A stretch of 64,000 bases of DNA, from assembly GCA_041690295.1 (NCBI GenBank), contig JAWLHR010000008.1, forward strand, positions 1 to 64,000. The letters are read 5' to 3'. The translations under genes and the position numbers were made by a program. This document shows positions 10,066 to 20,288 of the stretch, in pieces (within the stretch, counting starts at the first letter, position 1; every line of letters begins with the position of its first letter). The notes below the pieces were generated by a model that made no database searches, had not been told where the DNA came from, and saw only the letters and a program-made list of their open reading frames with translations. Source of the DNA: Bdellovibrionales bacterium. GTDB taxonomy: Bacteria > Bdellovibrionota > Bdellovibrionia > Bdellovibrionales > UBA1609.

Positions 10066-10971
10066 ATGCGAATTTTGATGACTGGAGGCACGGGGCTGAT
10101 CGGCAATGCCGTAGGCCGCCGGCTGGCCCGGCAGCATCAACTTCTTGTGTTGTCACGTGAAGGTCGTGAGGCCCGCTCCCGGGTCAGTTATCCTTGTGAA
10201 CTTCTCCAATGGGATGGCGTTTCCGACATTTCGCCGCGGTGGTTGGAAGGCGTTGAAGGTATCATTCATCTGGCGGGCGAAAGTATCGCCGTTGGTAAAT
10301 GGTCAGCCGCTCGTAAAGAGGAACTGCGCCATTCCCGCATCCAAACCATTGAGATCATCGGACGAGCTCTTAAAACCTACGGGCGTGTGCCGAAGGTTTT
10401 GATCTCCGCCTCCGCCGTGGGAATTTACGGCGATCGGGGCGATGAAGTGCTTACGGAAGAATCCAATCCCGGATCCGGATTCCTGGCGGATTTGTGCGTG
10501 GATTGGGAAAAGGCCGCGCGGGAAGCGGGTGCCCGCCGCACGGTGATCTTAAGGTTCGGCGTGGTGATGACTCCCGAGGGCGGATTCATCAAAGAAATTC
10601 TTTCTAAATACAAAATGTTTGGCGCGTCCCGGCTGGGTTCCGGCCGCCAGTATTTAAGCTGTATCGCCATCGATGATCTGGTTCAGATTTTAGCGACGTC
10701 CTTGACCAAACCGGAATTTCACGGGGCCTTCAATGTGGTGGCACCGGAACCCGTGACCAATTCGGAGATGACCAAAATTTTGTCGGCGGCTTCAGGAAGC
10801 TTTCGCGCGCCGCCTGTGCCGGCCTTTTTGTTGAGGCTCATTTTTGGAGAGAAAGCGGATTTGTTTCTCAGTTCACAAAGAGTGAAACCTGATCGGTTGC
10901 TTCGAATGAAGTGGAATTTTCAATACCCTTCATTCGAAGTTTTCGCCAAAAAGTTTATCTCGAAGGGCTAG
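10066..10971 (+). CDS. TIGR01777/YfcH-family NAD-dependent epimerase-like protein
   Basis: TGGTGLIG, IHLAGE, SASAVGIYG, FLADLCVDWE. Confidence 0.92.
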   Translation: MRILMTGGTGLIGNAVGRRLARQHQLLVLSREGREARSRVSYPCELLQWDGVSDISPRWLEGVEGIIHLAGESIAVGKWSAARKEELRHSRIQTIEIIGRALKTYGRVPKVLISASAVGIYGDRGDEVLTEESNPGSGFLADLCVDWEKAAREAGARRTVILRFGVVMTPEGGFIKEILSKYKMFGASRLGSGRQYLSCIAIDDLVQILATSLTKPEFHGAFNVVAPEPVTNSEMTKILSAASGSFRAPPVPAFLLRLIFGEKADLFLSSQRVKPDRLLRMKWNFQYPSFEVFAKKFISKG

Positions 10972-11482
10972 ATTCGTTAACCGGAGCCCACGATTGAAAA
11001 TCCACGACGCTTAATTCAAGCAACGCATTCAGCGTGTTTTGCGCCTGATAAATCATGTTGCCCAAACTATCCAGCCTCGCGGGATAAATGGACGCCCGTA
11101 AAAGTGTGTCCCGACTTAACGACGATACCATTTTGAAACTGCTTTCCGTACGGGCGAGCATTTTCTTTTCGCGCCGTCGCAGAATATTCAAAATCACGTC
11201 GAGGACATTCGGATTGGCGACATAAGTCTGCGTTCCGCGCGCGGACTTTTTCGATTCCAGAATGACATTGTTCCGCAGGAGATCGTTGATCGACAGGCTG
11301 ATCAACGCCTTGGAAACTTTCAGTCTTTGCATTAATTGGCCGGCATCCAACCCCTCTTCAGAAAGATAAAGATGGGTCCAAAGCCGGCCATGAATTTTTT
11401 TGAATCCCCAATAACAAATGAAATCCCCGATTTCATTCGCCAACTCTTCCAACTCTGGAAGTACAATTGCGTGTTCGCTCAC
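10955..11482 (-). CDS. GbsR/MarR-family transcriptional regulator
   Basis: WGFKKIHGRLWTHLYLS and VSKALISLSINDL winged HTH. Confidence 0.8.
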   Translation of the reverse strand: MSEHAIVLPELEELANEIGDFICYWGFKKIHGRLWTHLYLSEEGLDAGQLMQRLKVSKALISLSINDLLRNNVILESKKSARGTQTYVANPNVLDVILNILRRREKKMLARTESSFKMVSSLSRDTLLRASIYPARLDSLGNMIYQAQNTLNALLELSVVDFQSWAPVNESSPSR

Positions 11483-11513
11483 TTAAAACCACCACATCAG
11501 CATCAGAAAATTG

Positions 11514-11540
11514 AACTACAACAACTACAACTACGACAAC
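11514..11540. repeat. (NAC)9 trinucleotide repeat in an intergenic region or 5' UTR
   Basis: aac tac aac aac tac aac tac gac aac. Confidence 0.8.
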
Positions 11541-11550
11541 GCAGGCTTTT

Positions 11551-11578
11551 ATTCTAGGCCCTATCTGCTACGCATCAA
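11551..11578 (-). promoter_or_regulatory. Putative sigma70 promoter for the GbsR-like gene
   Basis: Minus strand TTGATG-N16-TAGAAT. Confidence 0.5.
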
Positions 11579-11827
11579 TTTATCGCGCAACAGTTTCTTC
11601 TGGCTTTCTAGAATTATCTTCACAACCGACTCAGGGTTGATTTTGTAAAGTTGTACCATTTTGGCCAGAGTTTTTAAGGGAATTACAGATATCCCACGTT
11701 CAATGTTTGAAATGAACTGTGGGCTTGTGTACCCGAGGCGACTCGAAACATCCGCTTGAGTCAGATGCGCCTGCTCACGCACGTTTCTCAGATAGTCACC
11801 GAGCTTTTTGCGATCATATTCTAACAT
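11561..11827 (-). CDS. XRE-family HTH regulator
   Basis: LTQADVSSRLGYTSPQFISNIERG. Confidence 0.9.
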   Translation of the reverse strand: MLEYDRKKLGDYLRNVREQAHLTQADVSSRLGYTSPQFISNIERGISVIPLKTLAKMVQLYKINPESVVKIILESQKKLLRDKLMRSR

Positions 11828-11935
11828 TTTGATCCCTTTCCAATTATCCAGTCCTGATGATTCTTTTATGACAAACCAGAGTTATATGGAAACAAAAAAT
11901 AGACGATTCAACGGGATTTCGCTTACCATTCAAGG

Positions 11936-13108
11936 ATGACCTCAACATTGAAAATGTCCGGAATTGCCCTACTCATATTTTACTTATTGACACCGCTCCA
12001 ACCGCACGCGCGGGAGTTAGTGGATGTTTCTTTGACCGTCGAAACAACAAAAAAGGGAAGTGAAGCCCGGCAAGAGGCTTTCGATCAGGCAATCGAATCC
12101 GCCACCCGATCCCTGGCTGAAAATATTGTCGGCACCGAACGAGTGGCTAAATCCTGGGATCAGGTAAAGCCAAAAATTCTAAAGAATTCGACTAAATATG
12201 TTGTTTTTATAAAGGGCAAGCCGGAGGGCGATGGAAAATTCAATGTCCAAATGCGGCTTTCACCGGACCATCTAGAGTATTCACTCAGGGAAGCGGGTTT
12301 GATCGGGGGCGGACCCGTCCGTCTTTTGCCGCTGGTCATGATCAATGACAGTCTCGGCCACCGGTATCTTTGGTGGGCGGATCACGGGGACACCAGCCCG
12401 TCCAACTCCGCGCAAAAGTATTTCGCGCGTTTCCACAAACAACTGGCTGGTCAATTTAAAGGCAAAAATGTTTCCGTTCTGGATCCCACGAACAAAAGTT
12501 TTCGCATGAGTTTGCCGGCCAGCTACCGGGTGGAAAACCTTCGCAAAGAAGATCAGCTGCTTCTCGCGGAATACCTGAAAGCGGACGTTGTTTTAAGCGG
12601 GCGAGTGAATATCACGCGGCTTCGCTCCGACGGGCAGGATCAGCGAATCGACTATCAGCTTGAACTTTGGCAAACCAAGGGCGGGCGCACGTTGGCGGAA
12701 GCCAAGGCGTCGCGGGTGGTGAACAGCTTGAACGCCAAAGCCGTGCAAGCGCTCATGGACCAAATGCAGCCGGAACTCTTCACTGAAATTTCGCAAAAAC
12801 TTTCAACCGTGATCGCCAACGGAAATTTAAATCTGTCCGTGGTTAAAATCATGATCGAAGGCAATTTGAATCCGCGCCAGCACAGTGAGGTGAAGCGCAT
12901 CCTGGGCACGGTTCGGGAAATCCGGCTGTTGCGGGAACGGCTCTTCGAGCCGTCAAGAATTCTTTATGAAACCGAGTCCACGGTGAGCGGGGAAGATCTG
13001 GCGAAGGCCATACAAAGAACCAGGTTTTCCCAGTATCACGTGAGCGTTTCAAGCGCTCAAGACGATCGGCTGGTTCTCAAGGTGAAAGCGTCCGGATCTG
13101 GCCGATAA
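11936..13108 (+). CDS. Exported hypothetical protein
   Basis: Signal peptide ending PHA|R; 390 aa ORF. Confidence 0.8.
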   Translation: MTSTLKMSGIALLIFYLLTPLQPHARELVDVSLTVETTKKGSEARQEAFDQAIESATRSLAENIVGTERVAKSWDQVKPKILKNSTKYVVFIKGKPEGDGKFNVQMRLSPDHLEYSLREAGLIGGGPVRLLPLVMINDSLGHRYLWWADHGDTSPSNSAQKYFARFHKQLAGQFKGKNVSVLDPTNKSFRMSLPASYRVENLRKEDQLLLAEYLKADVVLSGRVNITRLRSDGQDQRIDYQLELWQTKGGRTLAEAKASRVVNSLNAKAVQALMDQMQPELFTEISQKLSTVIANGNLNLSVVKIMIEGNLNPRQHSEVKRILGTVREIRLLRERLFEPSRILYETESTVSGEDLAKAIQRTRFSQYHVSVSSAQDDRLVLKVKASGSGR

Positions 13109-13134
13109 CGGCGGATTTGGTTTAATCTTAAAAT

Positions 13135-14055
13135 ATGCGTTTCTTGATTCTCATGGCGGCCTTTCTTTCGGGTTGTAGCGTCCTTTCGCCGCGACGATCA
13201 CAATCGCAGGTCGATGTCCGTGATGTTCCCGTCGTGGCGCGCGGTGAAGATGAGGCGCCCCGACACCGGATTCTGGTTCTTCCCTTTCTTGATGAACGAT
13301 TCGGGGGTTCGCGCACGGCCACGGAAGTGGCCCGGCAAACGGTGATTCGCGAACTGGTGAAAACGCGGCAATTCGTGATCGTGGCGTTGGAAGATTTTCC
13401 GCAAGATCCGAAGAAGTTCATCACCGAAGACGGGGATTACGATCTGGCCCAAATCGCCAAACTGGCTTCGAGCATGGGGGTCGCGGCCGTCGTTGAAGGA
13501 AAAGTCTTAAACATCCGCGCCAAGCGCATCGGCGATTCCATGGGATTGATCCGCTCCACCAAAGCGGAAGTTTCCGCGCAAGTTCGTGTGCGGATTTTCG
13601 CTGGCAAGAACGGCAAAGAAATTCTTAACGAAGTCAGATCCGCGGAGACGGAAGCCACCACCACACGCGTTGGTCAGCGCGGTGAAAGCACCCAGTTGGC
13701 GGAGGATCCGGAGTTGATAAAACTGGCCGTTCGCAAAGCGTTCGTAAGTTCGGTGCCCAATGTACTGCGGGCGGTGGAAAAGCTCAGTTGGGAAGGACGC
13801 GTGGCCATGGTGGCCGGTGAGCGGATCTTTGTTAATGCGGGGCGTTTATCAGGATTACAAATCGGCGATATTCTTAAAGTGACGGAAGAAGGGGAGGATG
13901 TTTACGACCCGGAAACCGGTCGCTTTATCGGAACGGCGCCCGGCCGCCTCAAAGGAACCATCGAAGTGGTGACTTACTTCGGAAAGGACGGCGCCATTGC
14001 CGTTATCCATTCCGGTTCGGGATTTCAGGAAAACGATCGCGTCGAACTCTATTAA
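13135..14055 (+). CDS. Lipoprotein, CsgG/FlgT-like
   Basis: Lipobox LSGC, RILVLPF, C-terminal VNAGRLSGLQIGDIL. Confidence 0.75.
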   Translation: MRFLILMAAFLSGCSVLSPRRSQSQVDVRDVPVVARGEDEAPRHRILVLPFLDERFGGSRTATEVARQTVIRELVKTRQFVIVALEDFPQDPKKFITEDGDYDLAQIAKLASSMGVAAVVEGKVLNIRAKRIGDSMGLIRSTKAEVSAQVRVRIFAGKNGKEILNEVRSAETEATTTRVGQRGESTQLAEDPELIKLAVRKAFVSSVPNVLRAVEKLSWEGRVAMVAGERIFVNAGRLSGLQIGDILKVTEEGEDVYDPETGRFIGTAPGRLKGTIEVVTYFGKDGAIAVIHSGSGFQENDRVELY

Positions 14056-14084
14056 TCCCCGCTAAATCATCGTAAGAGATAGCC

Positions 14085-14744
14085 ATGAGCTATCATGGCC
14101 GGATTCCCTTTGAGCAGGCGCTTGCGCTGGAAGAACTGGCGTGGGCGGCGGTGAAATCGGGGGCCTGTCACCATCAGGTGATTGGATTTGAGTCCGAGCC
14201 GGTGGTCACCTTCGGACGGCGAGGCGATCCCGCCCGCGATTTGATTTGGCCGAAGTCCCGATGGGAGGAATTAGGCTACCGGTTTTTTGATGTCCCCAGA
14301 GGCGGTCAGGCCACGCTCCATGGGCCGGGGCAGTTGGTGATTTTTCCGATTTTTGATGTGCGCGAGATCGGGGCCCGGAGGTTCGTGGACCTGTTGGCCA
14401 AGGTGACCAGCGAATTTCTAAAAAGGCAGGGGCTAAATACGGAATGGCGATGTCAAGATCCCGGCCTCTATTCTCCGACGGGAAAAGTGGTCTCGATGGG
14501 TCTTCGTATCCGCCAAGGCGTATCGACCCACGGGTTGAGCCTCAATGTGAACAATGATTTGGGGCATTTTGAGGGGATTCGGGTGTGCGGAGAGGCGGGC
14601 CGAAAAGTGGATCGCCTGACGACTCGCAAGAGTCTTAGGGAACTCTTTTCCGAATGGCACGAGGCCTGGAGTGCGGAGTTGACATCAGTGCCAATCTCGC
14701 GGAATTTAGACCCTTCAACATGCGCTCGTAGCTCAGTTGGTTAG
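14085..14744 (+). CDS. lipB: Lipoyl(octanoyl) transferase
   Basis: RGGQATLHGPGQLVIFPI, KVVSMG, HGLSLN. Confidence 0.93.
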   Translation: MSYHGRIPFEQALALEELAWAAVKSGACHHQVIGFESEPVVTFGRRGDPARDLIWPKSRWEELGYRFFDVPRGGQATLHGPGQLVIFPIFDVREIGARRFVDLLAKVTSEFLKRQGLNTEWRCQDPGLYSPTGKVVSMGLRIRQGVSTHGLSLNVNNDLGHFEGIRVCGEAGRKVDRLTTRKSLRELFSEWHEAWSAELTSVPISRNLDPSTCARSSVG

Positions 14745-14798
14745 AGTACTACCTTGACATGGTAGGGGTCCCCCGTTCAAGTCGGGGCGGGCGCACCA
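14722..14798 (+). tRNA. tRNA-Val(GAC)
   Basis: Acceptor stem GCGCTCG/CGGGCGC, D-arm AGCTCAGTTGGTTAGAG, anticodon arm CTACC-TTGACAT-GGTAG, GTTCAA T-loop, encoded CCA. Confidence 0.98.
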
Positions 14799-14814
14799 TT
14801 CATCAATGGCTTGA

Positions 14815-17205
14815 ATGCTAAGAAGTTTCAGCCCGGTTTTTTCAGTTCTCCTTTTTTTCCTTTGGATGTGTTTTTTGGGATGGGGAGTCGGTTCCTTGCC
14901 GGCGCTTGGCCCCTTGCTCGCGGTCTCCGGTGGCATCTGGGATCATCAGCGGGTTGAACTCAGCGATCAAAAACTTCCGGGGCTGCGACAGCCAGTGACG
15001 GTGATCTGGGATCAAAACCGAGTGCCACACTTCTTCGCCGAAGAGGAGTCGGATCTCTATCGAGCCCAGGGTTTTGTGATGGCGTCACAGCGTCTCTTTC
15101 AGATGGACGTTTTGACCCGGGTGACCGCAGGGCGATTAAGCGAGTTGTTTGGCGAAAAAACCGTCGCCCGCGACCGGTTTTTCATCAAGTTCGGAATGCG
15201 GGAGTCGGCGCGAAGAACTTTGGCGCGGTATCAAAGTGATGAGCGATCACGAAGCGCGATGAAGGCCTTCGTTGAAGGAGTAAACGCGTTCATTACGAGC
15301 CGAAATTATTGGGGGCCTGAGTACAAGATTCTCGGCGTCAAGCCCGAACTGTTCGATGAACTGCGAATCATCCACATGGCCAAACAACTCACATTTAATC
15401 TCGCGGGCCGCAGTTACGATACTTATCTTTCAAAAATCAAACAGGACATCGGCGTTGAACCGGTCCTTGATTTGTTTCCCCTCTTCGATCCGGCGGATCT
15501 GGGTGATTACATCGTTTCCTCCGATTCAAAAAACCAAGTGCACGTGGAAAGCGCCGGCGATTTTCCGTTCGTCACCCGCTTGCAAAATGTACCTTATTTT
15601 CCTTTGCCGGGCGCGGGCCAAGGGAGCAACAACTGGGCTGTGAGTGCCAAGAAGTCCGCGAATGGATTTTCAATTTTCGCCAACGACACCCATCTCTCAC
15701 TCACATTGCCGAACATTTGGTTTGAATCCCAGCTTGTGATCCCGGAGTTCAATGTTTACGGCGCGAGTCTGGTGGCCATACCCGGTTTGATCAATGGTTT
15801 TAATCCGTTCATCGCCTGGGGACCGACCAACGGCACCACCGATGTTTTTGACTTTTATGAAATGGAATTTGAAAGCGCGAGTTCAAACCGCTACCGCAAC
15901 GGTGAAGAATGGTTGGAGGCCGAAGTTCAAAGTGAAGTTTTAAAAATTCGCGGCGGGCGTGAAGAAACGCTTGAAGTGGTTTGGACGAAAAAAGGTCCGT
16001 TGCTTCATCGCGAAAACGAGCTGGCGCTGGCCGGAGCCTGGATCGGGCATCAACCGGATCAGGAATTGCGCGCGGTGCGCGGACTTTATCAGGCCAAATC
16101 CATCGATGAATGCCTGGAAAGTTTTAAGTCATGGGCCGTGCCCATCCAGAATTTCATATGTGCCGATGCCAAAGATGTGGCCATTCAGCACACGGGCTTT
16201 ATCCCTAAGCGTTCGCGCGGACAAGGACGCTTTATCATGGACGGAAGATCCGATGAAATCCCGTTTCCCGCGTCCGCGGAAAGACCCAAAGTCGTGCGCC
16301 CGGAATCGGGCTTCGTTCTTTCAGCCAATCAAAAAGTGGTTGGTCCCGGTCATCCCCTTTACCTCGGCTGGGATTTTGAGCCGCCGTTTCGGGGAATGAG
16401 AATTCGCGAACTTTTAATGAAGAAAGAAAAACATTCGCCCGAAAGTTTCATCGAGATTCAAAACGACATCTTCAACACCGTGGCCAAATTGACGCTTCCG
16501 CTGATGTTGGCGGCGTTGGATCCGGATTCGTTAAATGAACAACAACGAGAAATCATTGATGAGCTCCGAAGCTGGGATTACCAAGATCGGGCGCTCGACC
16601 GCGCGCCCGCCGTCTTTTGGGCCTGGTACGGAAGGTTGAAAGCCGCGATTTTCGGCGACGAGTACCAATTGCCAGCGCGTGAATTTTTCCCCAGGGATCC
16701 CCGCGTGATCGCCTTGTTGCGGAATATTTCTCAAGATCCAAATCATCGCGATTCAGTTTGGGTGGATGATAAACTCACGCCGCAAAAAGAATCGGTGAAG
16801 GAAATGGTCGCGCGGGCGTTTCAAGAGGGCTGGTCGCGCCTTGAAGAAAAGCAAGGTAAAGACCCCAAACAGTGGTCGTTTAAAGATTGGATACAAACCC
16901 GTCTGCAGCATATCGCGTTCTTTCCCGGGTTCGGCAGCGAAGTATTGCCCATGGACGGCGGTTATCAGGGGCTTCGCGGCAACAAAGGGCGCCACGGCGC
17001 GGTTTATAAAATCGTCGTGCAACTGGGTGAGTGGCCTGAAGCGTGGATCCAGATTCCGGGTGGCTCCACCGGTGATCCGTTTGATCCGGATTATGAACGT
17101 CATGTCGGCGATTGGGTCGAAGGACGTATGAGGAAAGCTTTTTATTTCAAAAACATTGAGGAAGGGAAGGAGCAGGCGGCCAAGGTGGTCGTTTTCTCTC
17201 CTTAG
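14815..17205 (+). CDS. Penicillin acylase family Ntn-hydrolase
   Basis: RLFQMD, GSNNWAVS nucleophile, ANDTHL; N-terminal membrane anchor. Confidence 0.95.
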   Translation: MLRSFSPVFSVLLFFLWMCFLGWGVGSLPALGPLLAVSGGIWDHQRVELSDQKLPGLRQPVTVIWDQNRVPHFFAEEESDLYRAQGFVMASQRLFQMDVLTRVTAGRLSELFGEKTVARDRFFIKFGMRESARRTLARYQSDERSRSAMKAFVEGVNAFITSRNYWGPEYKILGVKPELFDELRIIHMAKQLTFNLAGRSYDTYLSKIKQDIGVEPVLDLFPLFDPADLGDYIVSSDSKNQVHVESAGDFPFVTRLQNVPYFPLPGAGQGSNNWAVSAKKSANGFSIFANDTHLSLTLPNIWFESQLVIPEFNVYGASLVAIPGLINGFNPFIAWGPTNGTTDVFDFYEMEFESASSNRYRNGEEWLEAEVQSEVLKIRGGREETLEVVWTKKGPLLHRENELALAGAWIGHQPDQELRAVRGLYQAKSIDECLESFKSWAVPIQNFICADAKDVAIQHTGFIPKRSRGQGRFIMDGRSDEIPFPASAERPKVVRPESGFVLSANQKVVGPGHPLYLGWDFEPPFRGMRIRELLMKKEKHSPESFIEIQNDIFNTVAKLTLPLMLAALDPDSLNEQQREIIDELRSWDYQDRALDRAPAVFWAWYGRLKAAIFGDEYQLPAREFFPRDPRVIALLRNISQDPNHRDSVWVDDKLTPQKESVKEMVARAFQEGWSRLEEKQGKDPKQWSFKDWIQTRLQHIAFFPGFGSEVLPMDGGYQGLRGNKGRHGAVYKIVVQLGEWPEAWIQIPGGSTGDPFDPDYERHVGDWVEGRMRKAFYFKNIEEGKEQAAKVVVFSP

Positions 17206-17562
17206 GTGAATTTGTTTTACGCGGGTTTAATTTTATATTGTTTGATCGTGAGTTTTCTCCCCTGGTGGGGAATGGGCATGGCCGCATTTGTTTTTGGCGT
17301 TTTCCAGCCCGGCGATAAAAAGCGTGATCTTCAGCTCGCCTTCAGCGCCGCAATCGCCCATGCGGCGCTCGCGTTTTACAAAGACGGGCGGAATCTGGGT
17401 TTGATTTCAAAACGCATGAGCGGCTTGTTTGGTTTACCGCAACCGGAGTTGATTTTTCTTGTCATGGCCGTTTTGGCCTTCGTGACCGTTTGGCTGGGGC
17501 TTCGAGCTGGGAAGATTCCGGAGGCGATTCGAAAATCGCCACCGGATCGCACGGAACATTAG
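17206..17562 (+). CDS. Small membrane protein
   Basis: Several hydrophobic segments; directly follows the acylase stop. Confidence 0.7.
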   Translation: MNLFYAGLILYCLIVSFLPWWGMGMAAFVFGVFQPGDKKRDLQLAFSAAIAHAALAFYKDGRNLGLISKRMSGLFGLPQPELIFLVMAVLAFVTVWLGLRAGKIPEAIRKSPPDRTEH

Positions 17563-17959
17563 GCGGCGCGACGGAAAGTCGTGCGCTCAGTGCGCGCGGG
17601 CCAATTGCGCTTGATGCTTGTGAACTTGCGTTCCATCTTGCGGCAGGTTTTGGCGTAATTGCGATTGTATTTCGAGAATTCGCGATCCAAAAACGTGTAG
17701 TACGTTTTATAGATGTGATTGCCCAAAAACTTGCAGAAGAAAGTGGGTGAGGCGTTTTTCGGGGAGCGTAGCGTTTGGAGAACTTGCGCACTTCCGCGTT
17801 CATTTTGCTCCACCAAGCGTTGGCTTCCTTGGCGTGAATGAAATTACCGACGAAAATCTGCGTTCCGCCGAAGGTGAATCCCACTTCCCAGCCTTTACCG
17901 ACTGGCTTTTTATAGGCCTTGCACGTGTGCTTTCCGTACTTGTACGTCGTTGTCGTCAT
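17559..17959 (-). pseudogene. Basic hypothetical protein split by a -1 frameshift near 17760
   Basis: Strong RBS GAGGAGG. MTTTTYKYG...KRYAP continues with matching composition in the -1 frame (KNASPTFFCKF...RRAA*). Confidence 0.65.
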
Positions 17960-18040
17960 TAAGACCTCCTCTTATTTCGCTTTCTATCGGTTGGCGCCGA
18001 TACCACGCATAAGGATTTTTTAGCGATCTGGTCGAACGTC

Positions 18041-18589
18041 CTAGCGTTCGGCGATGGTGGAAAGATGGTGGAGAGGATCCACCGGCTGGCGATCCCGTAA
18101 GAGTTCGAAGTGCAGGTGAACGCCCGTGGCGGCTCCTGTTTGTCCCATGGTGCCGATGGCGGCTCCGGCTTTCACCACTTGCCCGGTCTTTATAAGGATT
18201 TTATCCAGGTGGGCGTAAAGCGTGGCCCACTCATTCGAATATTCAACGAGAACCATGTTTCCGTAACCGCGAAACTCATTACCGGCATAGATCACCACGC
18301 CGTCATGAGCCGCGAAAATCGGCTCGCCCCTTCGCCCGCCAAGGTCGACACCGTGATGATTGGGGTCACTGTCCGGTCGATAGCCGCGATTCAGTTTGAC
18401 GTGATCCACCGGCCATTTGAGACGAAAACTGGAGTTGGAAAAAGGCGGGGGTTCGCTGGCCGTCTCGCGGGAATAATCGCTGCCCACCCGGTAGCCGCCG
18501 ATGCCCCGATATCCCGTGTGATTCGAGCGATAATGGCTGCAGCCCAAGAGAAAGCTAACAAGTGTGAGACCGTAAAATAACCGCCTCAT
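18041..18589 (-). CDS. M23 family peptidase lipoprotein
   Basis: Lipobox LLGC, HHGVD, YAHL, HLHFE. Confidence 0.93.
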   Translation of the reverse strand: MRRLFYGLTLVSFLLGCSHYRSNHTGYRGIGGYRVGSDYSRETASEPPPFSNSSFRLKWPVDHVKLNRGYRPDSDPNHHGVDLGGRRGEPIFAAHDGVVIYAGNEFRGYGNMVLVEYSNEWATLYAHLDKILIKTGQVVKAGAAIGTMGQTGAATGVHLHFELLRDRQPVDPLHHLSTIAER

Positions 18590-18598
18590 ACCTTAATT

Positions 18599-19831
18599 TT
18601 AGCGCTGGTAAATGGGAAATTTCAAACAGAGCTCTTTCACCTGAGCTTTGATCTTGTTGAGGAGAGATTCGTCACTCGTGTTATTCAACACTTGCGCGAT
18701 CCAACCCGCGATTAAACGCATCTCACTTTCTTTCATTCCGCGCGTTGTAAGAGCGGGTGTCCCAATTCGAACTCCCGATGTCACAAAAGGAGACCGTTTC
18801 TCATTTGGAACCGTGTTTTTATTGACCGTGATTCCCGCGCGATCGAGCGCTTGTTCCGCGTCTTTGCCGGTGATTTCACGATTAGAAAGATCGAGCAGAA
18901 TGAGGTGATTGTCCGTGCCGCCGGTCACCAGATCAAAGTCTTGCTCTATAAGGCCCGCCGCCAAAGCTTGCGCGTTCTTCACCACCTGCTGAGAGTAAGT
19001 TTTGAATTCCGGCTTCAGCGCTTCACCGAAAGCCACCGCTTTGGCCGCGATCACATGTTCTAATGGACCGCCTTGAATGCCTGGAAAGATTTTTGAATTC
19101 AAGGCCTTGGCGGATTCATTTGAACAAAGAATTAAACCACCGCGCGGCCCCCGCAAAGTTTTATGGGTGGTGGACGTCACGTAATCCGCGAAGCCGATCG
19201 GTGAGGGATGAACACCGCTGGCCACGAGGCCCGCGAAATGAGCCATGTCCACCATCAGTGTGGCGCCCACTTCATCGGCGATTTGCCGAAAAAGCGAGAA
19301 ATCCAGCACCCGCGGGTAGGCGCTATATCCGGCGATCAATAACTTGGGTTTATGTTTTTTGGCGGCATCGCGGATCTGATCGTAATTCAAACGGCCGGTT
19401 TTCGGATCGAGCCCGTAATGTACGGCGTTGAAGAGAAAACCGCTGAAGTTCACGGGGCTTCCATGGGTGAGATGTCCGCCATGGGCCAAATCCATTCCCA
19501 TGATCGTGTCACCGGCTTTGCAACAGGCCAGGTAAACCGCCATGTTGGCCTGAGAACCGGAGTGAGGTTGGACATTGGCATGCTCGGCGCCGAAAAGGGC
19601 TTTGGCGCGATCGATGGCCATCTGCTCGATGTGATCCACGAACTCACAACCACCGTAATAACGTTTACCGGGATAACCTTCGGCGTACTTGTTGGTGAGA
19701 ATCGATCCTTGCGCTTCCAGAACGGCCTTGGAGACGTAGTTTTCGGAGGCGATCATTTCCAGGCCGTATTCCTGGCGGTCGGTCTCCTGACGGATCAGTT
19801 TGTAAATTTCCGGATCTTGTTTTTCGAGCAT
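18599..19831 (-). CDS. glyA: Serine hydroxymethyltransferase
   Basis: [31 protein letters not shown]. Start reassigned to MLEKQ after AAGGAG. Confidence 0.99.
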   Translation of the reverse strand: MLEKQDPEIYKLIRQETDRQEYGLEMIASENYVSKAVLEAQGSILTNKYAEGYPGKRYYGGCEFVDHIEQMAIDRAKALFGAEHANVQPHSGSQANMAVYLACCKAGDTIMGMDLAHGGHLTHGSPVNFSGFLFNAVHYGLDPKTGRLNYDQIRDAAKKHKPKLLIAGYSAYPRVLDFSLFRQIADEVGATLMVDMAHFAGLVASGVHPSPIGFADYVTSTTHKTLRGPRGGLILCSNESAKALNSKIFPGIQGGPLEHVIAAKAVAFGEALKPEFKTYSQQVVKNAQALAAGLIEQDFDLVTGGTDNHLILLDLSNREITGKDAEQALDRAGITVNKNTVPNEKRSPFVTSGVRIGTPALTTRGMKESEMRLIAGWIAQVLNNTSDESLLNKIKAQVKELCLKFPIYQR

Positions 19832-19841
19832 GAAAGTCTCC

Positions 19842-20288
19842 TTAACAGCGTAATTTATCCACGCGACCGGCATGCCGGCCGCCACTGAATTGAGTCGCGA
19901 GGAAAACCTCAAGGATCTTTTCGGCGGTCTGGTTATCCATCAGGCGCGCGCCCATGCAAAGCACATTGGCGTCGTTGTGCTCACGGCTTAACCGCGCCAC
20001 TTCCGTGTTCCAGCATAAAGCCGCGCGAATGAATGGGTAGCGATTGGCCCGCATGGCCATTCCCTGACCGCTGCCGCAAATCAAAACTCCGCAAGCCTCG
20101 GGTAAATGCGGTTCAAGTTCCTCGCAAAGCCGTTTGGCATAATCCGGATAATCGACGGAATCGCCACTATGCGTGCCGAGATCCACGAAATTCAGATCGC
20201 TAAAGCGCTCGATCAGATGTCGCTTGAGTTCCACCCCGGCATGATCACTGGCAATGAAGATTTTTTTAAAGAGTGATTTGGTGCTCAT
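19842..20288 (-). CDS. rpiB: Ribose-5-phosphate isomerase B
   Basis: ASDHAG, DYPD, CGSGQG, HNDANVL. Confidence 0.97.
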   Translation of the reverse strand: MSTKSLFKKIFIASDHAGVELKRHLIERFSDLNFVDLGTHSGDSVDYPDYAKRLCEELEPHLPEACGVLICGSGQGMAMRANRYPFIRAALCWNTEVARLSREHNDANVLCMGARLMDNQTAEKILEVFLATQFSGGRHAGRVDKLRC

